Positions 23,239-34,128 of a stretch of DNA of 64,000 nt are shown in pieces. The notes below the pieces were generated by a model. The model worked only from the letters and a program-made list of their open reading frames with translations, had not been told where the DNA came from and searched no databases. Numbering within the stretch: the first letter of the stretch is position 1; each line of letters opens with the position of its first letter. The stretch spans positions 4,640,001 through 4,704,000 of the forward strand of contig OZ244744.1 of NCBI GenBank assembly GCA_965219455.1, given 5' to 3'. A program made the position numbers and the translations under genes. This DNA comes from Candidatus Latescibacterota bacterium (GTDB taxonomy: Bacteria > Latescibacterota > UBA2968 > GCA-2709665).

Positions 23239-24063
23239 ATGAGCACCGTTGATCCGGGCAGAGCCATGACTTTCGTACTTAACGCGAATGATCCCGTTCT
23301 TTCAGGTTTAGCCAAATATGCAACTGGCGATTGCAGTCGTGAAGAGGCAATCGAAGCTCTCAGGATCAATCAGAGAGAGGATGGTGGCTGGACCAGAACT
23401 GACAAGGATTTTCAGGGAGATTTGTCTATCATCACCGCAACATTTGTCGCGCTGCAATGGTTGAACTGGGTTGGAGATCGGAATAGCTCTGTGCTTCTGA
23501 ACACGCTGGACTTTCTCCGAAGAATCCAGCGTGAAGATGGACACTGGGATGAGCCGGAAGAGATTGTCAGTTTCAACCCACCTTTTTGGATGTTGCCCGG
23601 CCGCTACGGGAACCAGGTGTGGTTGACCTCTGCAATATGCTGCAAATTGAAGGAATTAGGCCAGGCACATCAAGTGGATTTTGCAAAAGCACTGGAATTT
23701 GTCCGGCGGGGATGGAACGGCGAGAGATTTCCAGACTACGCGCACACGCATTGGATGGCAATGCCTCTGTTTCGCCTGCAAGGGTCCGGCAGTGGGACAG
23801 ATGAGCAGATTATCAGAGGATGTAAGAAGAGACTGTATGAGGCCGTGGAGAGAGACGAGGCAGATCCTGGAGACATAATCTCGATTGCCTACGCCAGCCT
23901 TCTTGCCGGTAATGTTGCGGAAGACCTTTTTGAATTGTCACTGGCCAGGGTGAAGAGCAATCAACAAAGTGATGGGGGCTGGATCACAAATCATGGAGAA
24001 AAACACCGAGCGAGTTTTACCGTGGAAGCCCTGTTTCTGTTCAAAAAGTGCGGCCTGATATGA
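23239..24063 (+). CDS. Prenyltransferase/squalene-cyclase-repeat protein
   Basis: QxxDGxW repeats: QREDGGW, QREDGHW, QQSDGGW. Confidence 0.75.
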   Translation: MSTVDPGRAMTFVLNANDPVLSGLAKYATGDCSREEAIEALRINQREDGGWTRTDKDFQGDLSIITATFVALQWLNWVGDRNSSVLLNTLDFLRRIQREDGHWDEPEEIVSFNPPFWMLPGRYGNQVWLTSAICCKLKELGQAHQVDFAKALEFVRRGWNGERFPDYAHTHWMAMPLFRLQGSGSGTDEQIIRGCKKRLYEAVERDEADPGDIISIAYASLLAGNVAEDLFELSLARVKSNQQSDGGWITNHGEKHRASFTVEALFLFKKCGLI

Positions 24064-24087
24064 GTGCCAAACCTGGTTGAGGAAAGA

Positions 24088-24501
24088 ATGAAGACGATCG
24101 TTCGCACCTCAGGGATTCTGATTACGCAGGATGGCCTCTTGCTGGTGAAGTGCGATGGCATCGAGGATTACCTCTTGCCTGGCGGAAAGCTCGAGGACGG
24201 TGAGTCGGATCTGGAATCGTTGCGGAGAGAACTGATGGAAGAGCTCAATATTACCCCCACGGATCCTGAATTCTTCGGCGAATACGAGCATCTGGCCTAC
24301 CCTTCGAAAACCGGTGAGAGGTACCGGGTTAGAGTTCGAGCATACGTAGCAGGTTTTGAGGGAGAACCTGTTCCGGACCAGTACGAGGTGCTCGAAATCG
24401 CCTGGGCATCAATGGAGGATCTCGAATCGGGGAAATATCCACTGAATCCTATCTTGCGGAAGTACATCGTGCCCGAACTTAAGCAACAGCAACGGCTATG
24501 A
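24088..24501 (+). CDS. NUDIX hydrolase
   Basis: LPGGKLEDGESDLESLRRELMEEL. Confidence 0.9.
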   Translation: MKTIVRTSGILITQDGLLLVKCDGIEDYLLPGGKLEDGESDLESLRRELMEELNITPTDPEFFGEYEHLAYPSKTGERYRVRVRAYVAGFEGEPVPDQYEVLEIAWASMEDLESGKYPLNPILRKYIVPELKQQQRL

Positions 24502-24504
24502 TGA

Positions 24505-24669
24505 CCTTTCGACAGGCTTCGACTACCCTTCGACCCTTCGACAAGCTCAGGGCCCGCAGATTCAGGGCAAAGGCTCAGGCCAGGGCTCAGCGGCCGAGCT
24601 CGCGGTTCAGCGACCGGCGGAATGTTCACTGAAATTGCGTCGGGCTCGCAGCCCGCGGGCACGTTGTGC
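24505..24669 (+). repeat. Four-fold nested TTCGAC/YTCAG REP-like repeat followed by an attC-like 3' end
   Basis: TTCGAC at 24508, 24518, 24529, 24537; YTCAG at 24546, 24561, 24574, 24586; GCACGTTGTGC at the end. Confidence 0.75.
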
Positions 24670-24707
24670 GCCGTAACGCATTTTCGATGAACCCGGGTGA
24701 GATTCCC

Positions 24708-25400
24708 ATGATTTCGGTTCTGCTGTTCGATATTGGAGAGACCATTCTCGATGCCGGAGGTCAACAGGATGCCTTGATGGAGGCGCATCGTACTACTCTC
24801 GGCAAATTCGGCTTTGCGTTGTCTGTGGACGAGTACAGGCAGTTGGACAGCGACAAGATATCGCAGTTCGTTCCGAGCGCCATGCACGCCATCACGTGGC
24901 ACTTTGCCAGGTCTGACGTGAGTCTCTTCAATGAGATTACCGAGGACGTGCGATCACACTATTCGGAGATTCGGTCTCTCGGGTACCAACTTTATCCCGC
25001 GGTCGCTGTGATTCTGGAGCAGTTGGCCGAAGAATACACGCTCGCGTTGGCTGGCAACGCACCAGCGAGTATCACGGACACCCTCGATGATCTTGGTGTG
25101 TTGCGCTGGTTTCGCCATAGGGATGTGTCAGGAAGCATTGGAATCAAAAAGCCTGATGAACGTTTCTTCCGTACAATTCTCGAAAAGGCCGGATTCTCGC
25201 CTTCGGAGGCGATCATGATTGGTGATCGCCTCGACAACGATATCATTCCGGCAAAGCAGGTGGGCCTCCGGACCATATGGTTTCGGCAAGGCAGATATGT
25301 GGCCTTAGAACCTCGTGTGCCGGATGAACTCCCGGATGTGACAATTTTCGACCTGGAAGACCTGCCCTCGGCGGTCCGTTCGATCGCCGAAACTGATTGA
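24708..25400 (+). CDS. HAD family hydrolase
   Basis: FDIGET; KKPD; MIGDRLDNDI. Confidence 0.88.
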   Translation: MISVLLFDIGETILDAGGQQDALMEAHRTTLGKFGFALSVDEYRQLDSDKISQFVPSAMHAITWHFARSDVSLFNEITEDVRSHYSEIRSLGYQLYPAVAVILEQLAEEYTLALAGNAPASITDTLDDLGVLRWFRHRDVSGSIGIKKPDERFFRTILEKAGFSPSEAIMIGDRLDNDIIPAKQVGLRTIWFRQGRYVALEPRVPDELPDVTIFDLEDLPSAVRSIAETD

Positions 25401-25488
25401 ATTTGGAGGGGGCGCTGCGCATAATGCCGCGCTTTCCGCATCCGCAAAAAGGATCAAAGAGCAAGACGACGTATAGAGGCTGATCAAG

Positions 25489-26373
25489 ATGGACGACGAC
25501 GTGCGCGATATCCTGGCAAAGATGGGGTTGTGTGACTCCCATCCGGAGAGGGTCGAGCCAATCCGGAAGAAAAACGGTAACCACCTTTATCGGATCGCAT
25601 TTGAGGGTTCAACTTATGTTCTGAAAGTATTCATTGATCCGGATGCCTCGAGGGAAGTTAGGGCGTACGCGATGCTCAGGGATCTTGGAGTTCCGACCCT
25701 TCGCGTCATTTCGAGTACGAATGATGCGCTTCTGCTTGAGGACCTTTACGCCAGCGAACATCTCAGGCTTGCCTGCCAGGAGGATATCGGAAATCCGGAA
25801 GTTGGCGTCGCTCTAGCCAGTTGGTATCACGCGCTCCACCGTGCAGACTGGAAGTCGTGGACGCGTCACCACGGGCCTTCACTCGTTCGGCGTGAAATTG
25901 ACGAACTTACGCCCGATTCGATCCTGGAGGTGGCGTCCAGGATACGCGGCCCATATCAGTCCAGGTGGGTGACTCTCGCCGACAATATCGACAGAATCAG
26001 GAATGCCGCGATAACTTCCGATGAAACGCTAACTTACAATGATTTTCATTGGACCAATCTGGCATTGTCTCGGAATGCTAAGCCGATCAGGGCCGTTGTG
26101 TTTGACTATCATCTTCTGGGGTTGGGATTGCGGTATTCGGATTGCAGAAACGTGACGGGCTCTCTTGGCCCCGTTGCTGCGGATGCATTCCAATCTGTAT
26201 ACGGTGAGACCGATCCCGGGGAGAAGGTTCTGGACGACTTAATAGCTCCTCTGTATGCTCTGGTTGAAGCCTTCCGTCGGCCCAGGTTTCCGTCCTGGGC
26301 GGAGGAAAGCCTCAAACTTGCAGAGAGTGGGGAAATTCACGGCAGGTTTGAACGGGTTAAAGAGGTTTTGTGA
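25489..26373 (+). CDS. APH-like phosphotransferase
   Basis: LTYNDFHWTNL; VFDY. Confidence 0.75.
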   Translation: MDDDVRDILAKMGLCDSHPERVEPIRKKNGNHLYRIAFEGSTYVLKVFIDPDASREVRAYAMLRDLGVPTLRVISSTNDALLLEDLYASEHLRLACQEDIGNPEVGVALASWYHALHRADWKSWTRHHGPSLVRREIDELTPDSILEVASRIRGPYQSRWVTLADNIDRIRNAAITSDETLTYNDFHWTNLALSRNAKPIRAVVFDYHLLGLGLRYSDCRNVTGSLGPVAADAFQSVYGETDPGEKVLDDLIAPLYALVEAFRRPRFPSWAEESLKLAESGEIHGRFERVKEVL

Positions 26374-26448
26374 GAGAAGCTTTGGGGTAGGTCCGCTCTA
26401 CAGGCGTTGCGGCGGCTGCGACGCCGAAAATACGGATGTGGCGCGAAC

Positions 26449-27006
26449 ATGGACCGTACGCACTTCGATGCGATCATCTCCAAATACCCTGTCCTGGGCG
26501 AGGAGCAGGGGCAGCTACGTCCCGGTGTCCACTTCCGCAGATTCGAAAACGAACTGGCTTCGACCATTTGCGGCGCATCCTATATCATTCCCTTTGTCTC
26601 GGACAGTCAATGTCTCGTGACCAGGCGGGCCAACGGGAAATGGGTCCTGCCTGGAGGCACCCTCGAACCCGGCGAGAATTGGGAGGAGGCCGGTCGTCGC
26701 GAACTGCTGGAGGAAACCGGGAGCATCCTGGGGAAACTTCATCCGATCGGGATGTATCACTGTGTTTCCCGAGACGACCGCCCCAGGTTGCCCCACTTTC
26801 CCCACCCGGAGCATGTCCGAGTCGTATCGTGGGCGGATGTCGTTCGAAAAAATGAAGACAGGGCAGACCCGGATCCGGAAAGCAGGATTGTGGTGGTTCG
26901 GGCCGTCCATTTCAGACAGGCGGCAGAGCTATTCGGCCCGGAGTCGGCGGACTTCGGGGAACTCTACCGATTCGCTCATGATATGAAGCGTTCCCGGCGC
27001 ACGTGA
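26449..27006 (+). CDS. NUDIX hydrolase
   Basis: LPGGTLEPGENWEEAGRRELLEETG. Confidence 0.9.
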   Translation: MDRTHFDAIISKYPVLGEEQGQLRPGVHFRRFENELASTICGASYIIPFVSDSQCLVTRRANGKWVLPGGTLEPGENWEEAGRRELLEETGSILGKLHPIGMYHCVSRDDRPRLPHFPHPEHVRVVSWADVVRKNEDRADPDPESRIVVVRAVHFRQAAELFGPESADFGELYRFAHDMKRSRRT

Positions 27007-27052
27007 AGGTCAAACTGGTGGCTCTCTATATGGTCTTGAAGCAGCTCTCGGT

Positions 27053-27492
27053 GTGCGCGCTGAACTTCTCGCGCTGCAGGACTATTCCATAAACTGGGAG
27101 AATATTCCCCTCGTATCCGGAGCCATTATCTGGGATTGGCGCGGCAGGAATAACGCCATCTATCCGGATATGCGATTGGGCCGGGCCGCTTTGAGAGTAG
27201 CCCGTACAGGCGTCTTTCCTCAAAGAGCAACCCTTCTCACGAAAACACAACTTTGACGCTGGTCGTTACCAACCGCCAATTGGAAGCGGGATCTCTCCAT
27301 CAATTGGCTAAACAGGTTCATAGCTCCATGTCGCAGGCCATTCAGCCCTTTCACACCCAATATGACGGTGATATCCTGTATGCCGTTACCACCAACGAAG
27401 TTAAGACAAAAACCCTGGACGAACTCGATATAGGATTTATAGCTTCTGAACTGGCCTGGGACGCCGTGTTAACGTCTTACGGGGACAGTTGA
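27053..27492 (+). pseudogene. Fragmented P1/S58 (DmpA-like) aminopeptidase
   Basis: GAIIWD...YPD fragment, then TLVVTN...AIQPFHTQYDGD in another frame. Confidence 0.7.
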
Positions 27493-27564
27493 TTTGTGCG
27501 AGCAACTGACTTTTGAGAGGAGATGATTCGTGTGGGAAAGTCACTTTCGAAGAAGGAGGAATCA

Positions 27565-28953
27565 ATGCAGTTTCAATTCCGAACGGTCGTGATCCTGGCA
27601 CTTCTATGTGTAATCACTTCGGCGCCGGCGGAAGCCGCGAGAATCATTTCAGGACCGCTTGTGGGCCATACCACGACGACGTCTGCAACAATCTGGGTTG
27701 AAACGGACGCCGCCGCGAAGGTACGTATCGACTACTGGGTCGAGCCTCGGATCATGTTTCACCGCACGTTCAGAGAACCCATGATCCGGGGTTCGGCGGA
27801 AGGAACAACGGAATCGACGACGCCATATACGTGCGCCATCGAACTTTCCGGACTGCCACCCGGGCGGCTGGTCTATTACGATGTCAACGTCGACGGTAAA
27901 TTAGTCCGTCCCCAGACCGTCCAGGTGTTTCCACTCATGCCGCCCGAATCGATCTCCGAAACAGAACCCGATCGAATCACTGAATTCACAGTCGCCTTCG
28001 GATCGTGCAATCTACCCGCGAGAGTGCCTGTTCAATCGATCTGGTCACAGGTTGCGAGGTTCCGCCCGGCCGCCTTTCTGTTTATCGGCGACAACAATTA
28101 CATGCCGGGCAAGGCGGAAGGGTATGATCTCCCCGAAGCCGGCGTCAGAGAGATCATGTCCCTTTACCATCGCAGATTCCGGCAGGTTCCCGGGCTCAGA
28201 GACATCGTCGCCACAACACCCAGCTATGGTATCTGGGACGACCATGACTACGGACCGAACAATTCCGACCGGACATTCAAGTGGCGAGATCTCGCAATCG
28301 AGACGTTTCGCCGTTACTGGCCGAACCCATACGCCGAGTCCTCAGGAGTGCCTGGCGTCTTCCACCGGTTCCGGATAGCAGACGTTGAATTCTTCATGCT
28401 CGACAACCGCTCTCACAGGGACCCAAACGAAGCGGAGGATAGATCCACAATGTTTGGAGAAGGCCAAATCCAATGGCTCAAGGCCAAACTGAAAAGCAGC
28501 ACGGCCACCTTCAAGGTGATCGCTTCCGGGGGCACGGCGGTTGTTGATGGAAGCGGCGAAACATGGTCGAATTTTGGTGACGAACGTGATCGGTTTTTCG
28601 CGTGGCTCTTTGCCGAAGATATCACCGGCGTCCTTTTTCTCGCCGGGGATTGGCACTCGGGCGTACTCCATCGCCTGGACCGCCCGGGGTTTGATTATCC
28701 ACTCTATGAACTCATGAGTTCCAATCTGGCCGTCCGCCGACGCAACCCGGACCCCACGCCCGACGGCAGTAGCAACCGTGGCGGAGGGCGTCAATCGGCC
28801 GCGCCATACGTCAATGACTACAACTTCGGACTGCTACGATTTGTTGGAGAAAAAGGCAAGCGGGAAGTCTATCTTCAAATCGTTGACGACTCAGGCAAAA
28901 TAAGAATCAGCCAGCTACTCTCGGAACAATATCTGAGGGCGATAGCGGACTAA
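27565..28953 (+). CDS. phoD: Alkaline phosphatase D family protein
   Basis: Signal peptide; FGSC, GDNNY, WDDHD, LDNR and GDWH motifs; AAGGAGG RBS. Confidence 0.88.
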   Translation: MQFQFRTVVILALLCVITSAPAEAARIISGPLVGHTTTTSATIWVETDAAAKVRIDYWVEPRIMFHRTFREPMIRGSAEGTTESTTPYTCAIELSGLPPGRLVYYDVNVDGKLVRPQTVQVFPLMPPESISETEPDRITEFTVAFGSCNLPARVPVQSIWSQVARFRPAAFLFIGDNNYMPGKAEGYDLPEAGVREIMSLYHRRFRQVPGLRDIVATTPSYGIWDDHDYGPNNSDRTFKWRDLAIETFRRYWPNPYAESSGVPGVFHRFRIADVEFFMLDNRSHRDPNEAEDRSTMFGEGQIQWLKAKLKSSTATFKVIASGGTAVVDGSGETWSNFGDERDRFFAWLFAEDITGVLFLAGDWHSGVLHRLDRPGFDYPLYELMSSNLAVRRRNPDPTPDGSSNRGGGRQSAAPYVNDYNFGLLRFVGEKGKREVYLQIVDDSGKIRISQLLSEQYLRAIAD

Positions 28954-29055
28954 GGGGCGGGTCCGCAAACCGGAAGACGTAATGTTACATTCCGGACTGT
29001 TGTATAGCCGCGCCGCATCTCAATTCCGCTCCGGAACCAACAGTCTGAGGCAGAA

Positions 29056-29855
29056 ATGGACGATACGAAACCGCTGGCATCGCTCATAGAGGCTGCACGG
29101 GAAGCTGATGTTCACCAGAGTTTCTCTTACCACGGGTGGGTCGTGCCCGAGTACAAATGCCTGTGCATGACGATCTAAAAGTCGCCTGCACGACGGTAAA
29201 GGTGACGCTCTACCATCTGGCTGGGAACCAGGTGCCGACGGAATCGAACCACATCCACGGCCTCGACTTTGGGATGTTTCTCGGCGACTACAGCACTGAA
29301 GAGATCATTGAGATACTGACCTCGCCCGAATGGGTGAGATTCTGCTTTGTCCGGAATCCGTACCATCGACTGCTGTCCGCCTACAAGTCGAAGATCGGAA
29401 ACCCGTCGGACAGCCAGTAATTGTGGCTGCACGATGCGATCCGGGAGAAGTTCAATTACCCTGCCGGGGATGGATGTCATCCTGTCCTGGAAACCTTCGC
29501 TGACTTCGTACATTTCCTGTCAGACTGTGGCGGGAAGGTACGCTATGAGCTGAAGCCGGACGCCATCTATGACGGACACTTCAATGCTCAGACACGGATT
29601 CTTAGGCAGGACTTGATTAACTATGATTTCATCGGCCGTTTCGAGAACTTCGCAGACGATTTCAAGACGGTCCTGACACGGCTGGGCGCTCCGGAGGAAA
29701 CCATCGCCCTTGCCTCGGAGAAGCGGAACGCTACGGCCCACGTGCCACTGAACGCTGCGTACAGTCGCGAATTGGCGGCTCTGACCTATGATCTCCACCG
29801 CGACGACTTCGAGGCGTTCAAATACGACAGGGATAGCTGGTTTTGCGACTCATGA
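29056..29855 (+). pseudogene. Sulfotransferase family 2 pseudogene
   Basis: KVACT, FVRNPYHRLLSAY and FIGRFE motifs; frameshift near 29175 and in-frame TAA at 29418. Confidence 0.8.
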
Positions 29856-29906
29856 TCCGTAGTCCGTTACTGTCTGTGACCAGAAGCCTGACGGCCCCAA
29901 AACACC

Positions 29907-29931
29907 GGGCGCCCACAAGGGGCGCCCCTAC
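29907..29931 (-). repeat. GTAG-type REP palindrome
   Basis: Reverse complement GTAGGGGCGCCCCTTGTGGGCGCCC. Confidence 0.7.
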
Positions 29932-30017
29932 AAGTCGAGGAGGAATGAGTCCGGGCGGAGGGTGCTTGATTGGGTACCGCAAACTGGCACTTTTGGATAC
30001 GTTTGTAGGACCATCGC

Positions 30018-30133
30018 CTTTAACGTACCAAGCGACCCGTAAGCCTTTAAAATAAAGCCATCGACAGGCTCTGGCAACCCGCGGAGATTTGGGCGATCCG
30101 CTACGCGGATTCGCGCACGGCTGCACGTTATAC
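30018..30133 (+). repeat. attC-like site
   Basis: CTTTAAC ... GCACGTTATAC; ATCCGC-TAC-GCGGAT hairpin; TCGACAGGCTC REP remnant. Confidence 0.55.
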
Positions 30134-30388
30134 GCAGGCAGTCAGGTTGTTAGACTCTTGGACTGACTATTGAACAACAACGCGTCTTCCGGAATCACTT
30201 CTGTTGAGCTGTATACACCGGGGGAGCCGTGTAATCCAAACCCAACAGTCGAAGGTAGTTCTGGCCCAAGGCGACATTTCGGAAGGCATTGTCGTCCAGG
30301 TGACGATTTATCCGATTGTTATTTCTTCTCGAGATTAACGGCATTGAACAACGATAGATATTCTGGTTTGAATTCATTGAGGCGACCG

Positions 30389-30925
30389 TTGAAATCTAAG
30401 GTATGGGCTGTTCTGTGCATTTTTGTCCTGGTTTCTTGCGCAACGGTAAAGGCCCGTAAGGAACCACCGGAGATTCGCCCCGAGGAAATTTGCAAAGATC
30501 AGACAACACAGACCAAATGTTGGCTTCCTTTAATATCTCCGACCCCGTGTTATTATTGGCGCACCGATGATTAGAATCACACTGTTACATGGTCGGGAGC
30601 CTGCTTGGGCAAAGTTCCACACGGTAGAGGAACCTTGACGATAACTTGGCTAAAGGTGCCGCCTCCGCCAGATATAAAGGATCTGAAGGATTGGTCTGGT
30701 GTTTGGGAGATATTTTACACAGGATTTATGAATTATGGCCAGCGACACGAGGTGTGGATGGAAGACTCACCTTTGGGTAACTATACTGCAAAACGGACTT
30801 ATAGGTATGGCAAACTGATTAATCATTTGATGCGGAGCACTCCAGGTTCTTGTAGTCAATTTGTGTATAGATCAGGTAAGTCTATTGGTATTCGGAAAGT
30901 AAATCCGATATTGTGTGATTGGTAA
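30389..30925 (+). pseudogene. Lipoprotein-like gene with an in-frame TAG at 30572
   Basis: Lipobox LVSC; frame continues past the TAG into TVTWSGACLGKVPHGRGTL (MORN-like). Confidence 0.55.
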
Positions 30926-31157
30926 GGCACCATGGTTGAATCAAAACAGACACAGAGTAATTGCCTTGATTCTCCTTTGGGGAGTCGGCTTGTTGATTAC
31001 CGGCGGAATCGCCTGGACATCAGTGTGGGCGGTAATGGGACATTCGCATTAATGTCGGAGTTCCTTACCCTCTATCTCAAATCGTGGGATCTCGCATGGT
31101 CCTTTTCCATTCACCACCTGAAGTTCTGAATCCCGTTGTATGCAATGAGTTCGCGAT

Positions 31158-31715
31158 ATGTCCGAAATTGCAATCCGTGGATGTTTGGTAGATCCGACTC
31201 CTGTCCAACTTGGGCTGATTCGGGAGATTCATGGTGCGTTGACAGTTCGCTTGATCCCGCACTGGCTGGGTGGGGGCTGGGCGGTTGACTTTCTGTTAGG
31301 CGAAGTCTCGCGCTTACACGGCGACATCGATTGGGCAATATGGAAAACAGATGCGCCGGAGGTGACCGCGTGTCTTGGTACTTTGGGGTATTCCAAAAAG
31401 GAAGTCCGGCATCCCGAAGAACATATCGGGTTTTTCAGACTCGATCAGTATGTCAGTTTTGGACTACTCGAGAAGACCCAATCCGGAGACGTGGTCACCT
31501 CTGGCCGTTGGACCGATTGGCCTTATCCGCGTGGAGCCTTTTGTTCACCGGAGGGGCGGCTGGACGACCTATCCTGCCCGATCCTCAGCGCCGAGGCCCA
31601 ACTGGACGAGAAGGTCAACTTCCACAAACACCCTGCTGGCGAACCTCTGAGAGATGTAGATCTTACCGCGATCCAGAAGCTGCGCATGTATATTGCGGCT
31701 CAGCGCCGCAAATAG
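31158..31715 (+). CDS. ANT(2'')/LinA-like nucleotidyltransferase
   Basis: WLGGGWAVD...RLHGDID. Confidence 0.8.
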   Translation: MSEIAIRGCLVDPTPVQLGLIREIHGALTVRLIPHWLGGGWAVDFLLGEVSRLHGDIDWAIWKTDAPEVTACLGTLGYSKKEVRHPEEHIGFFRLDQYVSFGLLEKTQSGDVVTSGRWTDWPYPRGAFCSPEGRLDDLSCPILSAEAQLDEKVNFHKHPAGEPLRDVDLTAIQKLRMYIAAQRRK

Positions 31716-31930
31716 AAGAAGCGTCACGAAGGGGTTATCACGTCCATGTCCGGTTTCGGGCTGACCCTTCGCGAAACTCCTTCGGGGTTCGGGCAGGGCG
31801 GGACCTCACCGGCAATATCGACGCCGAAAAAGACTGAGGATTCGGCTCATTCCGTGTGCGCAGAGTATCGCAACCAGGAATCCGCAACTCCTGATGGTCA
31901 AACAACCACGCCGGGACGATAGGAGAAGCA

Positions 31931-32215
31931 ATGAAGACGCGTAATGCCTGCCGATCTGCCGTCGGCGTCGCGCTCGCGACAGCGGTCATCCTCATGTGGG
32001 TAAATGGCGCAGTCGGCGTGATCGGGTCCGAGAACAATGACGCCAACCTGATGTATTTCGGGGTGCTTGCCGTCGGGATTATCGGCGCCGTCATCGCGCG
32101 CTTTCAGCCGCGTGGAATGGCACTCGCACTGTTCGCGACGGCGCTCGCCACGATTCCTCAGATCTGGTCTGGATTGTTGCATCTGTTCGCTGATGCGCAG
32201 TCAGGCGCAATATGA
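31931..32215 (+). pseudogene. Membrane protein, probably C-terminally truncated
   Basis: Hydrophobic helices with WVNGAVGVIGSENNDANLMY; abrupt end. Confidence 0.45.
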
Positions 32216-32230
32216 TGAGAAGAACAATTC

Positions 32231-33043
32231 ATGACTTCCGGTAGAGCCGAGGCCTCCCTCGGCACATTTGCCTGGTTCGGCTACGAACTGACCCTTGCTA
32301 AACGCCTTGGTCTGATCAGGCAGAGTGGTTTCAGTCACACGTTTCTGTGGATGGGTAGCCAGGAACCCATGGTGGAATCCGGTCGTGCACACGAAATGCC
32401 GGGAATGGCTGCAGATGCCGGGCTTAAGGTGGATCACGCCCATGCACCGTACGAAAATGCGAATGCTTTCTGGTCTGAAAAGCCCAGCGAACGCGATGTA
32501 TCGGTTAATGAGAACCTTCAGCTGATCGAGTACTGCAGCCGGCATTCGATTTCCTGTATTGTGCTTCACGTAACAAAGGGGCCGACACCGCCTCCGCCCC
32601 ACGCGGAAGGACTGGCGATTTTTCAACGGTTGGGCGAGGAAGCAGCAAACGCTGGAATCAAGTTGGCGCTTGAGAATACAAGGGTAAACAATCGCCTGGA
32701 TTTCATTCTGAATAAACTTCCTTTGGAGAGACTGGGTTTGTGTTACGATAGCTCACACGACTACCTGCATTCCGGCACGCCCACCGCTGTACTTGGGAAG
32801 TGGGCGAATCGTCTCATCCCAACGCACTTCTCGGACACCGACGGACAGGGCGACGTTCACTGGTTGCCGATGAGGGGAATTGTAAATTGGGATGCCGTTT
32901 CGAGAGCATATCCCGGGTCGTACCAGGGCCCGGTTATGATCGAGGCAGTGCCCCAGGACCCGTCTCAACCGCCGACTGAGTTTCTTACGGATGCGTACCA
33001 GACTGCGGTCAAACTGAGGGAGAAACTGGCTGGCTCGGTATGA
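32231..33043 (+). CDS. Sugar phosphate isomerase/epimerase (AP endonuclease 2 TIM barrel)
   Basis: LALEN, CYDSSH, HFSD, DVHWLP, IE motifs. Confidence 0.85.
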   Translation: MTSGRAEASLGTFAWFGYELTLAKRLGLIRQSGFSHTFLWMGSQEPMVESGRAHEMPGMAADAGLKVDHAHAPYENANAFWSEKPSERDVSVNENLQLIEYCSRHSISCIVLHVTKGPTPPPPHAEGLAIFQRLGEEAANAGIKLALENTRVNNRLDFILNKLPLERLGLCYDSSHDYLHSGTPTAVLGKWANRLIPTHFSDTDGQGDVHWLPMRGIVNWDAVSRAYPGSYQGPVMIEAVPQDPSQPPTEFLTDAYQTAVKLREKLAGSV

Positions 33044-33142
33044 GTGAGCCATACGGCGGATAACGTTCGGCGTCCGGGTTCGAAGACCGGCGCACCGCTA
33101 CATCAAATGGACAGACCCTGACAGCACGAAGGGCGACTCGCA

Positions 33143-33925
33143 ATGATCGATGACTCGTACAGTTTGGCAGCGAAGTACTACGACGCCGCGTACAGCGCGA
33201 AGGAAGACCTGGTCGACAGGGACTTCTATCTGGATCTGGCCAGGGAGTATGGCGGGCCTGTACTCGAGTTTGGCTGCGGGACTGGTAGAATTACTTTTCC
33301 GCTGGCACGGCAGGGTGTTGACGTCACGGGGATAGATGCATCTCGCGCGATGCTGGAGGTCCTGAGGGCAAAGCTCGCCGATGAACCTGCCGCCATAAAA
33401 CGCAGAGTACGAGTTGTAGAAGGAGATTTCAGGACCCTTTGTCTTGGCGATCAATTTCCCATGGTCGTGATTCCATTCAGACCCATGCAGCATATGTACA
33501 CGACGGAAGATCAACTGGCGGCCCTGAGAAACGCAGGGAGACACCTGGCGGATGGCGGGATCCTCGCGTTTGACGTATTCAATCCCCGTTTCGACAAACT
33601 GCTGTCCGGCGACGGCCAAGAGCACCTGGAACTGGAATGGCACACCGAGGACGAGACCGGCAGGACCATCCGGCGGTACTTTGTAAAGGACGGGTTCGAC
33701 CCGGTCAATCTGGTTTTTTCCGGGTCCTTTATCTTCCGGCTGTGCGAGGGTGACCAGGTTCTATCCGAGGAAGTGGAACTAATCAAGATGAGCGTCTATC
33801 CTCACCTCAAAGCGCTTTTTTCCGCGGCCGGTCTCGAGAGTGTGGGGGAATTCGGTTCGTTTGACCGGAAACCGATCGGGTCCGACACGCCGGAAATGAT
33901 ATTCCTCCTGAAGCGGCGGGTATAG
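33143..33925 (+). CDS. Class I SAM-dependent methyltransferase
   Basis: GPVLEFGCGTGRI. Confidence 0.9.
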   Translation: MIDDSYSLAAKYYDAAYSAKEDLVDRDFYLDLAREYGGPVLEFGCGTGRITFPLARQGVDVTGIDASRAMLEVLRAKLADEPAAIKRRVRVVEGDFRTLCLGDQFPMVVIPFRPMQHMYTTEDQLAALRNAGRHLADGGILAFDVFNPRFDKLLSGDGQEHLELEWHTEDETGRTIRRYFVKDGFDPVNLVFSGSFIFRLCEGDQVLSEEVELIKMSVYPHLKALFSAAGLESVGEFGSFDRKPIGSDTPEMIFLLKRRV

Positions 33926-34128
33926 CTCTATTCATCGCCACGCATCAGAGAAACGTCAGTTCTTGTTCGTATTATTCTATCTGTCGTATATTTCGTCCTC
34001 GGACGAATATAGGACGGTGCGGCATATTTTACCGAATTCACGTGAATGAATCGGATATTCGCTAGCCTTTCCGATTTCGGGTTCTCCTTTTCTAAACCGG
34101 GGTTAGGCCCCGTCGGAGATAGATTCAA

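Noticed and set aside
30572-30574. Amber readthrough or pyrrolysine recoding
   Set aside because: Single instance with no supporting machinery in view; other genes end normally in TAG, and nearby genes are also decayed.
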